Assembly: GCA_963698035.1 (NCBI GenBank)
Contig: OY969114.1
Location: forward strand, 450,001-482,000
Length of the DNA stretch: 32,000 nucleotides
Origin: Candidatus Saccharimonadota bacterium
GTDB taxonomy: Archaea > Micrarchaeota > Micrarchaeia > Micrarchaeales > Micrarchaeaceae
Reading direction: 5' to 3'
A program made the translations under genes and the position numbers. Positions 1 through 8,561 of this stretch are shown here, piece after piece. The notes beneath the pieces were generated by a model. That model did not search any database. It saw only the letters and a list, made by a program, of their open reading frames with translations, and was not told the DNA's origin. How positions within the stretch are numbered: the first letter of the stretch is position 1; every line of letters begins with the position of its first letter.

Positions 1-83
1 ATTGTAAGTACTCCTGAATCAACCGCCCTACTTATTACAGAGTAATCGTCTATCAGGTCTAAATGGCAGTGCGCGTCCGACAT
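1..83 (-). CDS. TatD-family metal-dependent hydrolase, N-terminal fragment (gene runs off the left edge of the window)
   Basis: Own reverse-complement translation from the ATG at 83 gives MSDAHCHLDLIDDYSVISRAVDSGVLT. The DxHCHLD start followed by A..GV..I is the usual N-terminus of TatD/YcfH-type hydrolases. Only 27 codons are visible. It is too short for the ORF track. Confidence 0.5.
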   Translation of the reverse strand, partial: MSDAHCHLDLIDDYSVISRAVDSGVLT

Positions 84-205
84 CTCAACGAGCTGCTTTG
101 TCTCGTCCCTGTGCTCCACCACCTGCTTTGTTATCAACCGAACCACGACAGATAGGTATTTATATTCTAGAAATAAAAAGGCTCTGATAAGATACAGTGG
201 GGTAC

Positions 206-1324
206 ATGCAGAAAAAGGACCAGTCGCGCACCAACAGAATCCTAATTGGGGTGGTAATCGTCCTGATAGCGATTGCAGTATACCAGGAGATAACGATAAA
301 TTCGCTTTCGCACACAGTAACCCTGTCTAAGCTTACTATAAGTCAACTCCAGAACAAGATATTGAGCCTGAATGCCAGCCTCGCGAACAGCACCCGCACC
401 ACCAAAATAGTTCTCCCATTCTACAATATAACCTTTGCAGAATCATATCCGCCAACGAGCCTGTCGAGCGCCCCGGTAGTTACAGAGCAGCAGCCTTTCG
501 GCAAAAGGCTCACTGGAATAAACGCGCCGCTCAATAGCAGCGAGCTCTCGATAATAAATAATGCCTCAGAGTCGTACTTTGAGACCGCCGGCGAGATGTA
601 CCTCAACGGGACCCTTGTCAACGAGGTCGGGATAGGAGGCTCTCTCCAGCAGGTCAACAACTTCGTGCTGAACGGGAAGCCGTCTGTTATCTACTACGGC
701 AGCATAACCTGCATATTCTGTGGGGAGAACAGGTGGGCGATGGCCCTCGCGCTGGGGAGGTTCGGCAAATTCGGCAACCTCTATTATGGATATAGCAGTT
801 TTGGGGATGGAGATCTGCCAACGCTCTATTGGAGACCAGACCAGTACAGCAACGCGTCCATCAACATAGGCAACTTCTATAATAGCAACTACATAAGCCT
901 CCTCACTTTTGAGGATTCCGGCCCGATAACAGCGGGGTTTGTCCTGCAGACCTTCCCCCAGATACAGGCGGAGCTCAACACTACAGGTAACACCGCCTAC
1001 ATCGATGCGCTTAACTACATACTCGACATAAACAGCTTCTCCGGGACCCCCTACACGATATGGGGCAAATACGTCGTGGGCGGGGCAGATGCGGTCGACT
1101 TCGGCAACACCACGCCAACCTCTGCTTCATTCCCACTCACAAACATGACACACCAGCAGGTGCTCGCCCAGTTCGCCAATCCAAACGACCAGTTCGCATG
1201 GACAGAATATGCCGGCGCTGACATTTACATCGCCCTTACCTGCGCCAGCACGAACAACACCGCGCAGATATGCTCATTGCCTGCAATACAGGGCATAGAG
1301 TCCAAATTGGGCGTTGGGTCATGA
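206..1324 (+). CDS. N-terminally membrane-anchored exported protein with a CxxC motif (DUF929-like thioredoxin-fold candidate)
   Basis: ORF 197..1324, with the first ATG at 206 and AT-rich TATA-like sequence at about 155-180. It has a basic N-terminus and then one hydrophobic helix (ILIGVVIVLIAIAVY). The core KPSVIYYGSITCIFCGENRWAMALALGRFGKFGNL matches my recollection of the DUF929 signature (CxxC followed by RW...AL.RFG.F). About 11 N-x-S/T sequons by my count. Confidence 0.5.
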   Translation: MQKKDQSRTNRILIGVVIVLIAIAVYQEITINSLSHTVTLSKLTISQLQNKILSLNASLANSTRTTKIVLPFYNITFAESYPPTSLSSAPVVTEQQPFGKRLTGINAPLNSSELSIINNASESYFETAGEMYLNGTLVNEVGIGGSLQQVNNFVLNGKPSVIYYGSITCIFCGENRWAMALALGRFGKFGNLYYGYSSFGDGDLPTLYWRPDQYSNASINIGNFYNSNYISLLTFEDSGPITAGFVLQTFPQIQAELNTTGNTAYIDALNYILDINSFSGTPYTIWGKYVVGGADAVDFGNTTPTSASFPLTNMTHQQVLAQFANPNDQFAWTEYAGADIYIALTCASTNNTAQICSLPAIQGIESKLGVGS

Positions 1325-1809
1325 GTTCCACACTCTCCAGGATCGGCAGATCCTTCAGGAGCGTCTACAAGCCCGCGTACATATTCATTAACATAGTTGT
1401 TGCCGCGCTCTACTACCTGCTATTCATATTTCTGATCAGGTACCAGAATTATGGCATACTCATATTCGGTGCGCCTAAGTCGCTCCTCTACGCGCTGGTA
1501 ATAACCTCATCGATAATGTTCACGATTGGCATCTACGCCATGAGAAGGTCATTCAAGAGGAAGACCACTGCATCGGCAAGCGCTGTTGGGACCATCATGA
1601 CACTATTCGCCGGGGTGATAGCAGGATGCGGGTGCTCCGCGCCCCTCATCTACGGGATAACCGTGTTCGGCCTCAGCATCGCGGAGGTCTCGGTCCTGGC
1701 GGCCTTCATAACCCAGTACTCTGCATACATAATCTCGGTGATAATCGCGGTCAACATCCTGCTCATCCTCTATTACTCGCTGAAGATACCAGGCGCAAGG
1801 AAGGGCTAA
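1321..1809 (+). CDS. Small 4-TM membrane protein with intramembrane GCGCS motif, function unknown
   Basis: ORF 1270..1809. The likely start is the ATG at 1321, which overlaps the upstream stop in ATGA (1321-1324), implying translational coupling. There are four hydrophobic segments, and the third carries AGVIAGCGCSAPLIYG. Confidence 0.55.
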   Translation: MSSTLSRIGRSFRSVYKPAYIFINIVVAALYYLLFIFLIRYQNYGILIFGAPKSLLYALVITSSIMFTIGIYAMRRSFKRKTTASASAVGTIMTLFAGVIAGCGCSAPLIYGITVFGLSIAEVSVLAAFITQYSAYIISVIIAVNILLILYYSLKIPGARKG

Positions 1810-1848
1810 GCTTTAATATAGCACCATATTAATTTTAAAGAAGAGCCA

Positions 1849-2883
1849 GTGACCATGATGGTAAGGAAATCCAAGCCGAAGAGGCTGAAGGTCAGCAGAA
1901 AGACGCGCAATGCTCTGCCATCCAAAATTCCATATGCAGAGAGCCGTGAAGGGGCGATGCTCGACTGCATACTCGCGAGCGAGGACAAAGAGAAGGTGAG
2001 CGAGAGCGCCATCGTCCTCCTCTCGCTCCTTTCGAACCTCACGCCCGGCATATCCAGCGTCAGTCGCAAGGCCGGAATGCATGCAGGCAGGCAGCTCTAC
2101 TCGATGTTCAAGGAGCACAGGAGATATCGCCTCTATGAAGAGTCGGCGCCCGACCTTGTCAGATTCTTCGAGCACACCGGGTATCCATGGATCACTTACA
2201 ATGTCTTTCCTGATTATGTATCCATGCAGATGCGGGACAGATCGCACGAATACATAGGCATGAACCTGCACAGCTTCGAGGCAGGCCTTATCTCCGGATT
2301 CCTAGCAGCTGCGAAAAGGCAGCACGTTCCTGTGATTGAGCAGGAGTGCTCCAACAACGGCGCCCCGCAGTGCACCTTCAGCTCAACATATGTAGAGGTA
2401 AGAAAGGGCGACCCAAAGGCTGCAATAGCTAGGTTCATAGAGCACGCCGCGCGCCAGCTTCAGAAAAGGGAAACGCAGATTGAGATGAAGGTCGCCTCAG
2501 AGTACTATGTTCTGCTGTCATCTCCGGTTCTTGAGAGGCAGTATCTGGATCAGATGGTCCACGTTGCGTTATACATCGGCAGTGGGATTGGTGACAGGCT
2601 CTTCCCAGGTGGAAAGGCGGGCACAGGAAGGGCAGCGATAGCCTCGGTGGAAAGGGCGGTCCACCTGCTAAATCTCGGCAAGATAAGTGTTAAAAGCCTT
2701 AAGCCCATAAACATAGCTGTCTCGTTTGACAGCCTCCGTTCTAAAAGCGAGTTTGTGGACCTTTCTATCGCGTTCCTCAACGGGCTTCTGAAGGGCCACG
2801 ATATAGAAAACGCAAAGGTTACAAGGCAAGCAGCGCATGGAGTTTACAGAGTAACCATAACCGGAAAGCAGAAGAAAAGATGA
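1849..2883 (+). CDS. V4R-domain protein (N-terminal V4R with Cys pair plus a second, Cys-less V4R-like half)
   Basis: HSFEAGLISGFLAAAKRQHVPVIEQECSNNGAPQCTFSSTYVEV follows the V4R pattern (aGfl.Ga....v.v.E..C...G...C.F.v). The C-terminal half ends with an analogous IAFLNGLLKGHDIENAKVTRQAAHGVYRVTI that has no cysteines. The N-terminus is basic. Confidence 0.45.
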   Translation: MTMMVRKSKPKRLKVSRKTRNALPSKIPYAESREGAMLDCILASEDKEKVSESAIVLLSLLSNLTPGISSVSRKAGMHAGRQLYSMFKEHRRYRLYEESAPDLVRFFEHTGYPWITYNVFPDYVSMQMRDRSHEYIGMNLHSFEAGLISGFLAAAKRQHVPVIEQECSNNGAPQCTFSSTYVEVRKGDPKAAIARFIEHAARQLQKRETQIEMKVASEYYVLLSSPVLERQYLDQMVHVALYIGSGIGDRLFPGGKAGTGRAAIASVERAVHLLNLGKISVKSLKPINIAVSFDSLRSKSEFVDLSIAFLNGLLKGHDIENAKVTRQAAHGVYRVTITGKQKKR

Positions 2884-2895
2884 AGCGGTGCAATC

Positions 2896-4365
2896 ATGGC
2901 TCTTGAATTCATGGATTCTATTTCGAGGTTCGTTCCGACCATAAAGGGTCCGCGCACCCCTCTCTCCCTCAGGGAGAAGATGTACTGGACAGCCGGAATA
3001 CTCGGAATCTACTTCCTGCTTTACAACACCTATGCGATAGGGGTCAACCAGCAGGCTGTAACGCAGCCGCTGCTCCAGTTGGTCAGCATAATCTTCGCAG
3101 CCAGGATAGGCAGCATAATAACGGTCGGAATTGGGCCCATAGTGCTCTCCAGCATAGTTCTGCAGCTCGTGATAGGCTCTGGAATAGTGAAGATAGAGAT
3201 GGGGGACATGGCGAATAGGGCGCGCTTCCAGACCCTGCAGAAGATAGCTGCGATGGGAATAGCAATAGTCGAATCCGTCATATTCGTGTTCACCGGCTAC
3301 GTGCCAGCATCAAACCCCTCGTTGGTCGGCATTGTAATATTGCAGCTTGCCATTGGTGCAATATCGATAATCTACCTCGACGAGCTTATGACAAAGTACG
3401 GCATAACCTCAGGAATAAACATGTTCATAGCCGCCGGGGTGTCATTCGCAATAGTCGCAGGTACGTTCGGCATACTGATACCGGAGGCGGCGCAGGCAAT
3501 ACAGGCAGGTGGCACGGCCGCATTGCCAAACGCGCTGCTCGCATTCGGACCGTTGATAGCGGCCATACTGGTATTCCTAGTCAGCATCTACGTCTATGAG
3601 ATGAAGATCGAGCTGCCGCTCTCGTTCGAGCAGCTTAGGGGGGTTGGCGGGCGGCTTCCGATACCCTTCCTATACGTGAGTGTATTGCCGGTCATACTCG
3701 CCTCATCACTCGAGCTCAGCCTGACGGTGTGGCTCAGGTTCCTGGCAGGCGTGCAGGGCACACTTGCGAACTTGGCAAAGTTCTTCGCGTTCTACCAGCC
3801 TGTCGGCACAATCGGGGGCGGCACAACCCTTGAGCTCACCGGAGGCCTTGCATACCTCATATCGCCAACATTCCCTCTTCCGTACTCTGCCAACTATGGC
3901 GGAATCGGAGGATACGCCACATACTTCACCTACATACTCACGCACACATCGCAGCTCTTCCTCCCGTGGGGCGGTTTCATGCTAGTGCCCGAGTACATAC
4001 ACGTCCTGACATACACAGTGGTACTGGTCTGCCTCTGCGTTGTCTTCGGCAAGTTTTGGGTTGAGATGACTGGGCAGAGCCCCAAGGCAATATCCGAGCA
4101 GCTGGGCAGCACGGGCTGGCAGATTCCAGGATTCAGGAGGGACCCAAGGATAGTAGAAAGCGTGCTGAACAAGTACATACCGACCATTACCATACTGGGT
4201 AGTATATTCGTTGGCCTGCTCGCGGCAGCCGCGACTCTAGCTGGCGCGATAGGCAGTGGCATGGGCGTGCTGCTGACCGTAGGAATAATCTACATGCTCT
4301 ACAACCAGCTCGAGCGCGAGGGACTCTTCATTACATATCCGATACTGGAGAAGCTTACAAAGTAG
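2896..4365 (+). CDS. secY: Preprotein translocase subunit SecY
   Basis: 489 aa and polytopic. The N-terminus (FVPTIKGPRTPLSLREKMYWTAGILGIYFLL) and the C-terminal part (QIPGFRRDPRIVESVLNKYIPTITILGSIFVGLLA) are typical of archaeal SecY/Sec61alpha. Confidence 0.95.
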   Translation: MALEFMDSISRFVPTIKGPRTPLSLREKMYWTAGILGIYFLLYNTYAIGVNQQAVTQPLLQLVSIIFAARIGSIITVGIGPIVLSSIVLQLVIGSGIVKIEMGDMANRARFQTLQKIAAMGIAIVESVIFVFTGYVPASNPSLVGIVILQLAIGAISIIYLDELMTKYGITSGINMFIAAGVSFAIVAGTFGILIPEAAQAIQAGGTAALPNALLAFGPLIAAILVFLVSIYVYEMKIELPLSFEQLRGVGGRLPIPFLYVSVLPVILASSLELSLTVWLRFLAGVQGTLANLAKFFAFYQPVGTIGGGTTLELTGGLAYLISPTFPLPYSANYGGIGGYATYFTYILTHTSQLFLPWGGFMLVPEYIHVLTYTVVLVCLCVVFGKFWVEMTGQSPKAISEQLGSTGWQIPGFRRDPRIVESVLNKYIPTITILGSIFVGLLAAAATLAGAIGSGMGVLLTVGIIYMLYNQLEREGLFITYPILEKLTK

Positions 4366-4440
4366 TCAGAGCTCGCCGACTCTCCTCTTCTGCGCCCTCT
4401 TCAAGCGCTTCCTGCGTTTCTTCTTCCACTTCCAGCGCAT
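4366..4440 (-). CDS. rpl41e: Ribosomal protein L41e (start uncertain; may extend to about 4470-4479 on a non-ATG start)
   Basis: Own translation from the ATG at 4440 gives [24 protein letters not shown]. This resembles eukaryotic L41 ([21 protein letters not shown]...). The in-frame upstream codons read [12 protein letters not shown], like the N-terminal extension I recall in archaeal L41e. It is too short for the ORF track. A TATA-like TAATATATTTATT lies on the minus strand at about 4508-4520. Confidence 0.6.
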   Translation of the reverse strand: MRWKWKKKRRKRLKRAQKRRVGEL

Positions 4441-4561
4441 TCTCCCCTTCTTCTTCCACTTCCTCGGAATGCTACTCAGATAAACACCATATAAGGGAAT
4501 TAAAAGGAATAAATATATTAAGCTACGCTAGATTAGTTCTTCTGTTCAGGGACTGGTATCT

Positions 4562-5590
4562 ATGCAGAAGGCAATCGGATTCATAACCTTCATAGTGATC
4601 GTGATCATAATGGTCATAATACTCTACATAGAAACAGGATTCAACTTTCTGCCCAAAAGCACGACCATCCCAACTCATCCAGCCAATACGATAAACGGAA
4701 TCATTATCAATTACACCACGACTATGCAGCCTCTCTACCCATGCAATGACTATGTGCTCTTCGCAAACTCGAGCAACACCGTCTACACGGGAAGGTGCCT
4801 GCTCACGTCCAACTCCATAGGCGTCTGGATCGCATCCGGCAACTCTGGAGTTGTAAACCTAAAGATAGTTGGCGCAAACAACAAGACCTACATAAGCAGG
4901 AACATAACATACAGCTGTGCAGCGTTCTTCAAGAACCTCACCGCGCCGCAGCAGATATACAACATAATGTTGACCAGCGGGCCAGGGGGCGGGAGTTGCG
5001 GACCGGCGCTCGTAAAGTTCAACAGTACTGTAATCCCGCCAAAGATGGTCTACGAATTCGTCTACAACGGGAACTTTACTACTAGTGACTTCACAGGCTG
5101 GAACGTAACCGGAGCCGGATTCAGGATAATAAATGTCACCTACGCGGACAATGTCGGCTGCTATCAGGGCGCGCGGTGGAGCAACGTGCCTGGACCCTTC
5201 TTTGCCAGCACCTACACATGCGGCACGCAGGCAAGCCCCGGCAACATAACCTCCAGCGCGTTCACGGTCACAAAGCCGTTCCTCAACTTCAAAATAATAA
5301 GCCCCTCGAACGCAAACCTCTACGTTGAGATACTGTACAACAACAGCACCGCCATCCTTGCAAAGTACAACACCTACAACATCACGGTAAACTCCAGTGC
5401 GTCATCCAACTTCAGGAATGCCACGATACCGATGACCACCCTGGCCGGCAAGACCGTCAGGATAAAGGTAGTGGGCGAGCTTGCCACAAACACGAAGCAG
5501 AGCTTCATATCTGTAGGAGGATTCTACATGTCTACCCGGCCGACACAGAACGGCAACATAAGCAACCTTACGATATACAATACGACTTAA
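4562..5590 (+). CDS. N-terminally anchored exported protein, very rich in N-glycosylation sequons, function unknown
   Basis: 342-aa ORF with a single N-terminal hydrophobic helix (IGFITFIVIVIIMVIILYI). I counted about 18 N-x-S/T sequons, and the sequence looks beta-rich. No catalytic motif recognised. Confidence 0.6.
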   Translation: MQKAIGFITFIVIVIIMVIILYIETGFNFLPKSTTIPTHPANTINGIIINYTTTMQPLYPCNDYVLFANSSNTVYTGRCLLTSNSIGVWIASGNSGVVNLKIVGANNKTYISRNITYSCAAFFKNLTAPQQIYNIMLTSGPGGGSCGPALVKFNSTVIPPKMVYEFVYNGNFTTSDFTGWNVTGAGFRIINVTYADNVGCYQGARWSNVPGPFFASTYTCGTQASPGNITSSAFTVTKPFLNFKIISPSNANLYVEILYNNSTAILAKYNTYNITVNSSASSNFRNATIPMTTLAGKTVRIKVVGELATNTKQSFISVGGFYMSTRPTQNGNISNLTIYNTT

Positions 5591-5593
5591 CTG

Positions 5594-6271
5594 CTATCTT
5601 CTTCTTGCTAACATTATCCCCGTAACGATGAACCAGAGCAGCACAGGAATTACAATCAGGCGCTCCATTCCGCCAAACCCGAATCCCTGACCCGAGTGGA
5701 TCCAAGGCACAAGGAGGCCAAAATCCGGAAGCATGAAGACTATTACTACAAGAAGCGCAATCAATGCGCATATGACGGAAAAGGCGGCGTAGGAGTTGCG
5801 TCTGCTCCGTAGCAAGCCTATAGAAAGGATGAGCAGGCCGAGGCCCGAGCCTACGAAAGCAACCAACGCGAAGAGCGAATGAATCAACAGTATCGTGTCC
5901 TCAGGGACTACCCCAACGCCGGCAGAGGCGAAGAGCGAGACTATTATTATGGTAAAGCCTGCGGAGCGAAATACTCCTTTAGGGAACCATCCCACCACGA
6001 GTAGTAAGCCGGCTACGCCAAGCGCACCGAACAGCACAGCGGAATAATTGAATAGGTACCAGAGATGCGAGATGGGAAAGCTTCCATATCCTGCGCTTCC
6101 AAGATCGCTTATCGGATTTGTTAGCAGATTGTAGCATTGTCCGTTTGTGCATGGGAATGCGAGCTGAACGGCCGCCATGCAGAGTACAAATTGGACAACC
6201 GCTGCAATCAGCAGCCACGCTCCATATTTCACAGAGTCGCTTCCGAAGAGGCTTCCGTCCCCCCTGGCCAT
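5594..6271 (-). CDS. Polytopic membrane protein (DUF998-like)
   Basis: ORF 5594..6274, with a GTG at 6274 and an ATG at 6271. The ATG overlaps the upstream stop (TGATG). About 6 hydrophobic segments. YNLLTNPISDLGSAGYG resembles the n.iSdLG motif I associate with DUF998. Confidence 0.5.
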   Translation of the reverse strand: MARGDGSLFGSDSVKYGAWLLIAAVVQFVLCMAAVQLAFPCTNGQCYNLLTNPISDLGSAGYGSFPISHLWYLFNYSAVLFGALGVAGLLLVVGWFPKGVFRSAGFTIIIVSLFASAGVGVVPEDTILLIHSLFALVAFVGSGLGLLILSIGLLRSRRNSYAAFSVICALIALLVVIVFMLPDFGLLVPWIHSGQGFGFGGMERLIVIPVLLWFIVTGIMLARRR

Positions 6272-6783
6272 CACAATTCCCTTTTCTCCTTCTTCTCCAG
6301 CAGTTTCTTTCCCAGCTCCTCCCTGTTCTGCATCTGCCTCTTTATGACCTCAAGGTCCTCGGGCCTCAGCACCTTCTCGAATATGTACTTCGAATAGTCT
6401 GCGGAGAGCTGCGAGATGTCCAGAAGCAGGGACTGCAGGTCCCATATGTTTATGTGGATGTCTTTCTGCGGCTTTAGTATCTCTATTCCTGCCGGCGAAT
6501 ACTTGAACGATGTGACGAGCAGGCTCTTTATCCCGTTAAACATTACATTGACGGCCGCGCTTGTTATGAAATACTTGTCCTTCTTCAGCGGTTCCTCTAT
6601 CGCCCCGTAGCAATAAATTACGCCGGGCTCCTTCAGCAGCCTCTCGTTTATCAGGTCTACAAGGATCGGCTGCAGCTTGTCCTTCTCCTCGCTCTGCATG
6701 TCAAAGTAGAGCTTTGCCAGTATGCCGCCCTTTGCGATGCTTTCATCAGTGACCTTCTCAAGTTCAGATTTCGCCATGCTCAT
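6271..6783 (-). CDS. Hypothetical cytoplasmic protein with a Lys/Glu-rich C-terminal tail
   Basis: 170-aa ORF. Its ATG overlaps the hisS stop in ATGA, and its own stop overlaps the next gene's start. No motif recognised. The coding call rests on this tight operon packing and an ordinary amino-acid composition. Confidence 0.55.
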   Translation of the reverse strand: MSMAKSELEKVTDESIAKGGILAKLYFDMQSEEKDKLQPILVDLINERLLKEPGVIYCYGAIEEPLKKDKYFITSAAVNVMFNGIKSLLVTSFKYSPAGIEILKPQKDIHINIWDLQSLLLDISQLSADYSKYIFEKVLRPEDLEVIKRQMQNREELGKKLLEKKEKREL

Positions 6784-8051
6784 GCCTTTGTTATTATTTG
6801 AAGTGCTTCCTCCTGACTTACCGCCCTCTCCTCGCCGCTTACAAGGTTTCTGAGCTTAATCTTTTTAGAACCTTGTTCTGCATCCCCGATTATTGCCGCG
6901 TAAGGGAATTTGAGCGAATTGGCGTAAGATAATTGATTCGATATGTTCCTGCTGGACAGGTTGACCTCCACCGCAACACCCTTCTCCCTGAACCAGTTTG
7001 CAACAGAGAGTGCATACTGGTAGTTGGAATTCTTTACGTTTATTACGAAAAGTTTTGCATATGTATACTTTGGCGAGTCTGCAAAATCCATGATATCGAG
7101 TATTGGGTCTATACCCAGGGAGACGCCAACTGCGGGCATCTTCCTGCCGCTGTATGTCTCTATCAGGTTGTCGTACCTGCCTCCTCCCGCTATAGATGCA
7201 CGTATCCTTCCAAGCGTGTCAACAAACTCGAATACCACCCCTGTATAGTAATCCAGCCCCCTTACGATAGAGAAGTCAACCGCAACGTCGCCATTAAGGG
7301 CGTAGAGTCCTATCAGGCCGAGGAGGTTGGCCAGGTCTTCAACCGATTTATCGCTTGTTATGCCCTTTGCGAATGCTATCTTCTCCTCGTTCGTGCCCTT
7401 CATGCTTATCAGATTGTCAATCCTGCTTACCTGTTCTCGCTCCAGCCCGAGCGACAAGAGCAGCTCTACTATCTTGTCGCGCCCGAGTTTCTCAAGCTTG
7501 TCTATTATGCGCATCGTCTCGACGTGCAGCTCGCCCTTCACCCCAAACTTGTCGAGTACGGAGTTCATCATCGCACGGTTGCTTATCCTTATCTTATATT
7601 CTATCCCGAGCTCATCCAGCACCTTGCCAGCGACCGCAATCACCTCCGCATCCGTAGCAGCCGTTTCACCCCCGACTATGTCGACATCCGCCTGCGTGAA
7701 TTCCCGGTACCTGCCTTTCTGCGGCTCGTCTCTTCTCCACGCCCTGCCTATTGCATACCTCCTAAAAGGAAGTGGCAGTTCCTGATGCATTCCCATGTAG
7801 CGCGCAAGCGATACGGTCAAGTCGTACCTGAGGCCGAGCTCATCCCCCTTTATCTCAAATATGAGCTTCGCGTCCTCGCCTATCGCTCCCTTCGCGTTGA
7901 GTATCTTGAGCGACTCGAGCATAGGGGTATCTATCGTAAGGAAGCCGTACCTCTGGAAAACGCTCTCTACCTTCTTGAGGAGCTCGTTTCTGAACAGCGC
8001 AGCATTCGGAAGAAGGTCCCTGACGCCTCTCGGGAATGGTATGTCAGCCAT
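6780..8051 (-). CDS. hisS: Histidyl-tRNA synthetase
   Basis: PRGVRDLLP, RYDLTVSLARY, FRRYAIGRAWRRDEPQKGRYREFTQADVDIVG and GGGRYD are the class II HisRS motifs. Confidence 0.95.
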   Translation of the reverse strand: MADIPFPRGVRDLLPNAALFRNELLKKVESVFQRYGFLTIDTPMLESLKILNAKGAIGEDAKLIFEIKGDELGLRYDLTVSLARYMGMHQELPLPFRRYAIGRAWRRDEPQKGRYREFTQADVDIVGGETAATDAEVIAVAGKVLDELGIEYKIRISNRAMMNSVLDKFGVKGELHVETMRIIDKLEKLGRDKIVELLLSLGLEREQVSRIDNLISMKGTNEEKIAFAKGITSDKSVEDLANLLGLIGLYALNGDVAVDFSIVRGLDYYTGVVFEFVDTLGRIRASIAGGGRYDNLIETYSGRKMPAVGVSLGIDPILDIMDFADSPKYTYAKLFVINVKNSNYQYALSVANWFREKGVAVEVNLSSRNISNQLSYANSLKFPYAAIIGDAEQGSKKIKLRNLVSGEERAVSQEEALQIITKA

Positions 8052-8067
8052 GGTAACAAATCCAAGA

Positions 8068-8388
8068 TCAAAGATTCTTGTCGATCCACTTCTTAAGCGC
8101 CTCCTTTTGCATCGCTCCCACGCCCATCGCCTTGAGCCGACCCTTCACCACAAGGAGAATGCTGGGTATGCTTGTTATGTTGTATCGCTCAGCAATCTTC
8201 TCGTTGCTGTCCGCGTCAACCTTTACGAACGTCACCTTTCCCTCATAATCAGCTGAGACCTCCTCAATAATGGGACTGAGCGCGCGACACGGCCCGCACC
8301 ACGCGGCCCAGACGTCAATAAGCACTGGTATGTTTGATTTCATTACCTTCTCTTCAAAAGTCGCCTCTGTAACATCGGTAACGCTCAT
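8068..8388 (-). CDS. trxA: Thioredoxin
   Basis: 106 aa with the WAAWCGPC active site and a typical thioredoxin length and layout. Confidence 0.93.
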   Translation of the reverse strand: MSVTDVTEATFEEKVMKSNIPVLIDVWAAWCGPCRALSPIIEEVSADYEGKVTFVKVDADSNEKIAERYNITSIPSILLVVKGRLKAMGVGAMQKEALKKWIDKNL

Positions 8389-8484
8389 AGACTCACTCCC
8401 AAAACCACTTTGTTGTTAAAAGGTTAAAAACCCGTATGTTCGGCTGCGCAGCAAACCTTTTTATTGTTTATAACGGTAAATAGT

Positions 8485-8546
8485 ATAATGATGATAATGC
8501 ACTACGCTGAGCTTTTGGCTATGAAGATGATCTTGAGTGCTGAACT
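8485..8546 (+). ncRNA. Candidate C/D box sRNA (2'-O-methylation guide)
   Basis: Element order: C box AUGAUGA 8488-8494; 12-nt guide 8495-8506; D' box CUGA 8507-8510; 10-nt spacer; C' box AUGAAGA 8521-8527 (one mismatch); 12-nt guide 8528-8539; D box CUGA 8540-8543. T/A-rich promoter-like sequence lies at about 8458-8473. I see no convincing terminal stem. Confidence 0.4.
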
Positions 8547-8561
8547 TGAATGAGTGCGTAG

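Noticed and set aside
1270-1320. Upstream extension of the 4-TM protein ORF
   Set aside because: It overlaps the end of the preceding gene in another frame. The ATG at 1321 within ATGA gives classic stop-start coupling.
6933-8096. 387-aa plus-strand ORF
   Set aside because: It lies exactly antisense to the well-supported hisS. The translation is Tyr/Arg/Leu/Pro-rich with no motif, as expected for a shadow frame of a coding region.
8489-8551. 20-codon ORF MMIMHYAELLAMKMILSAELE upstream of the histone gene
   Set aside because: It is very short and has no support beyond an ATG run. The same bases fit a C/D box sRNA layout better. It cannot be excluded without data.
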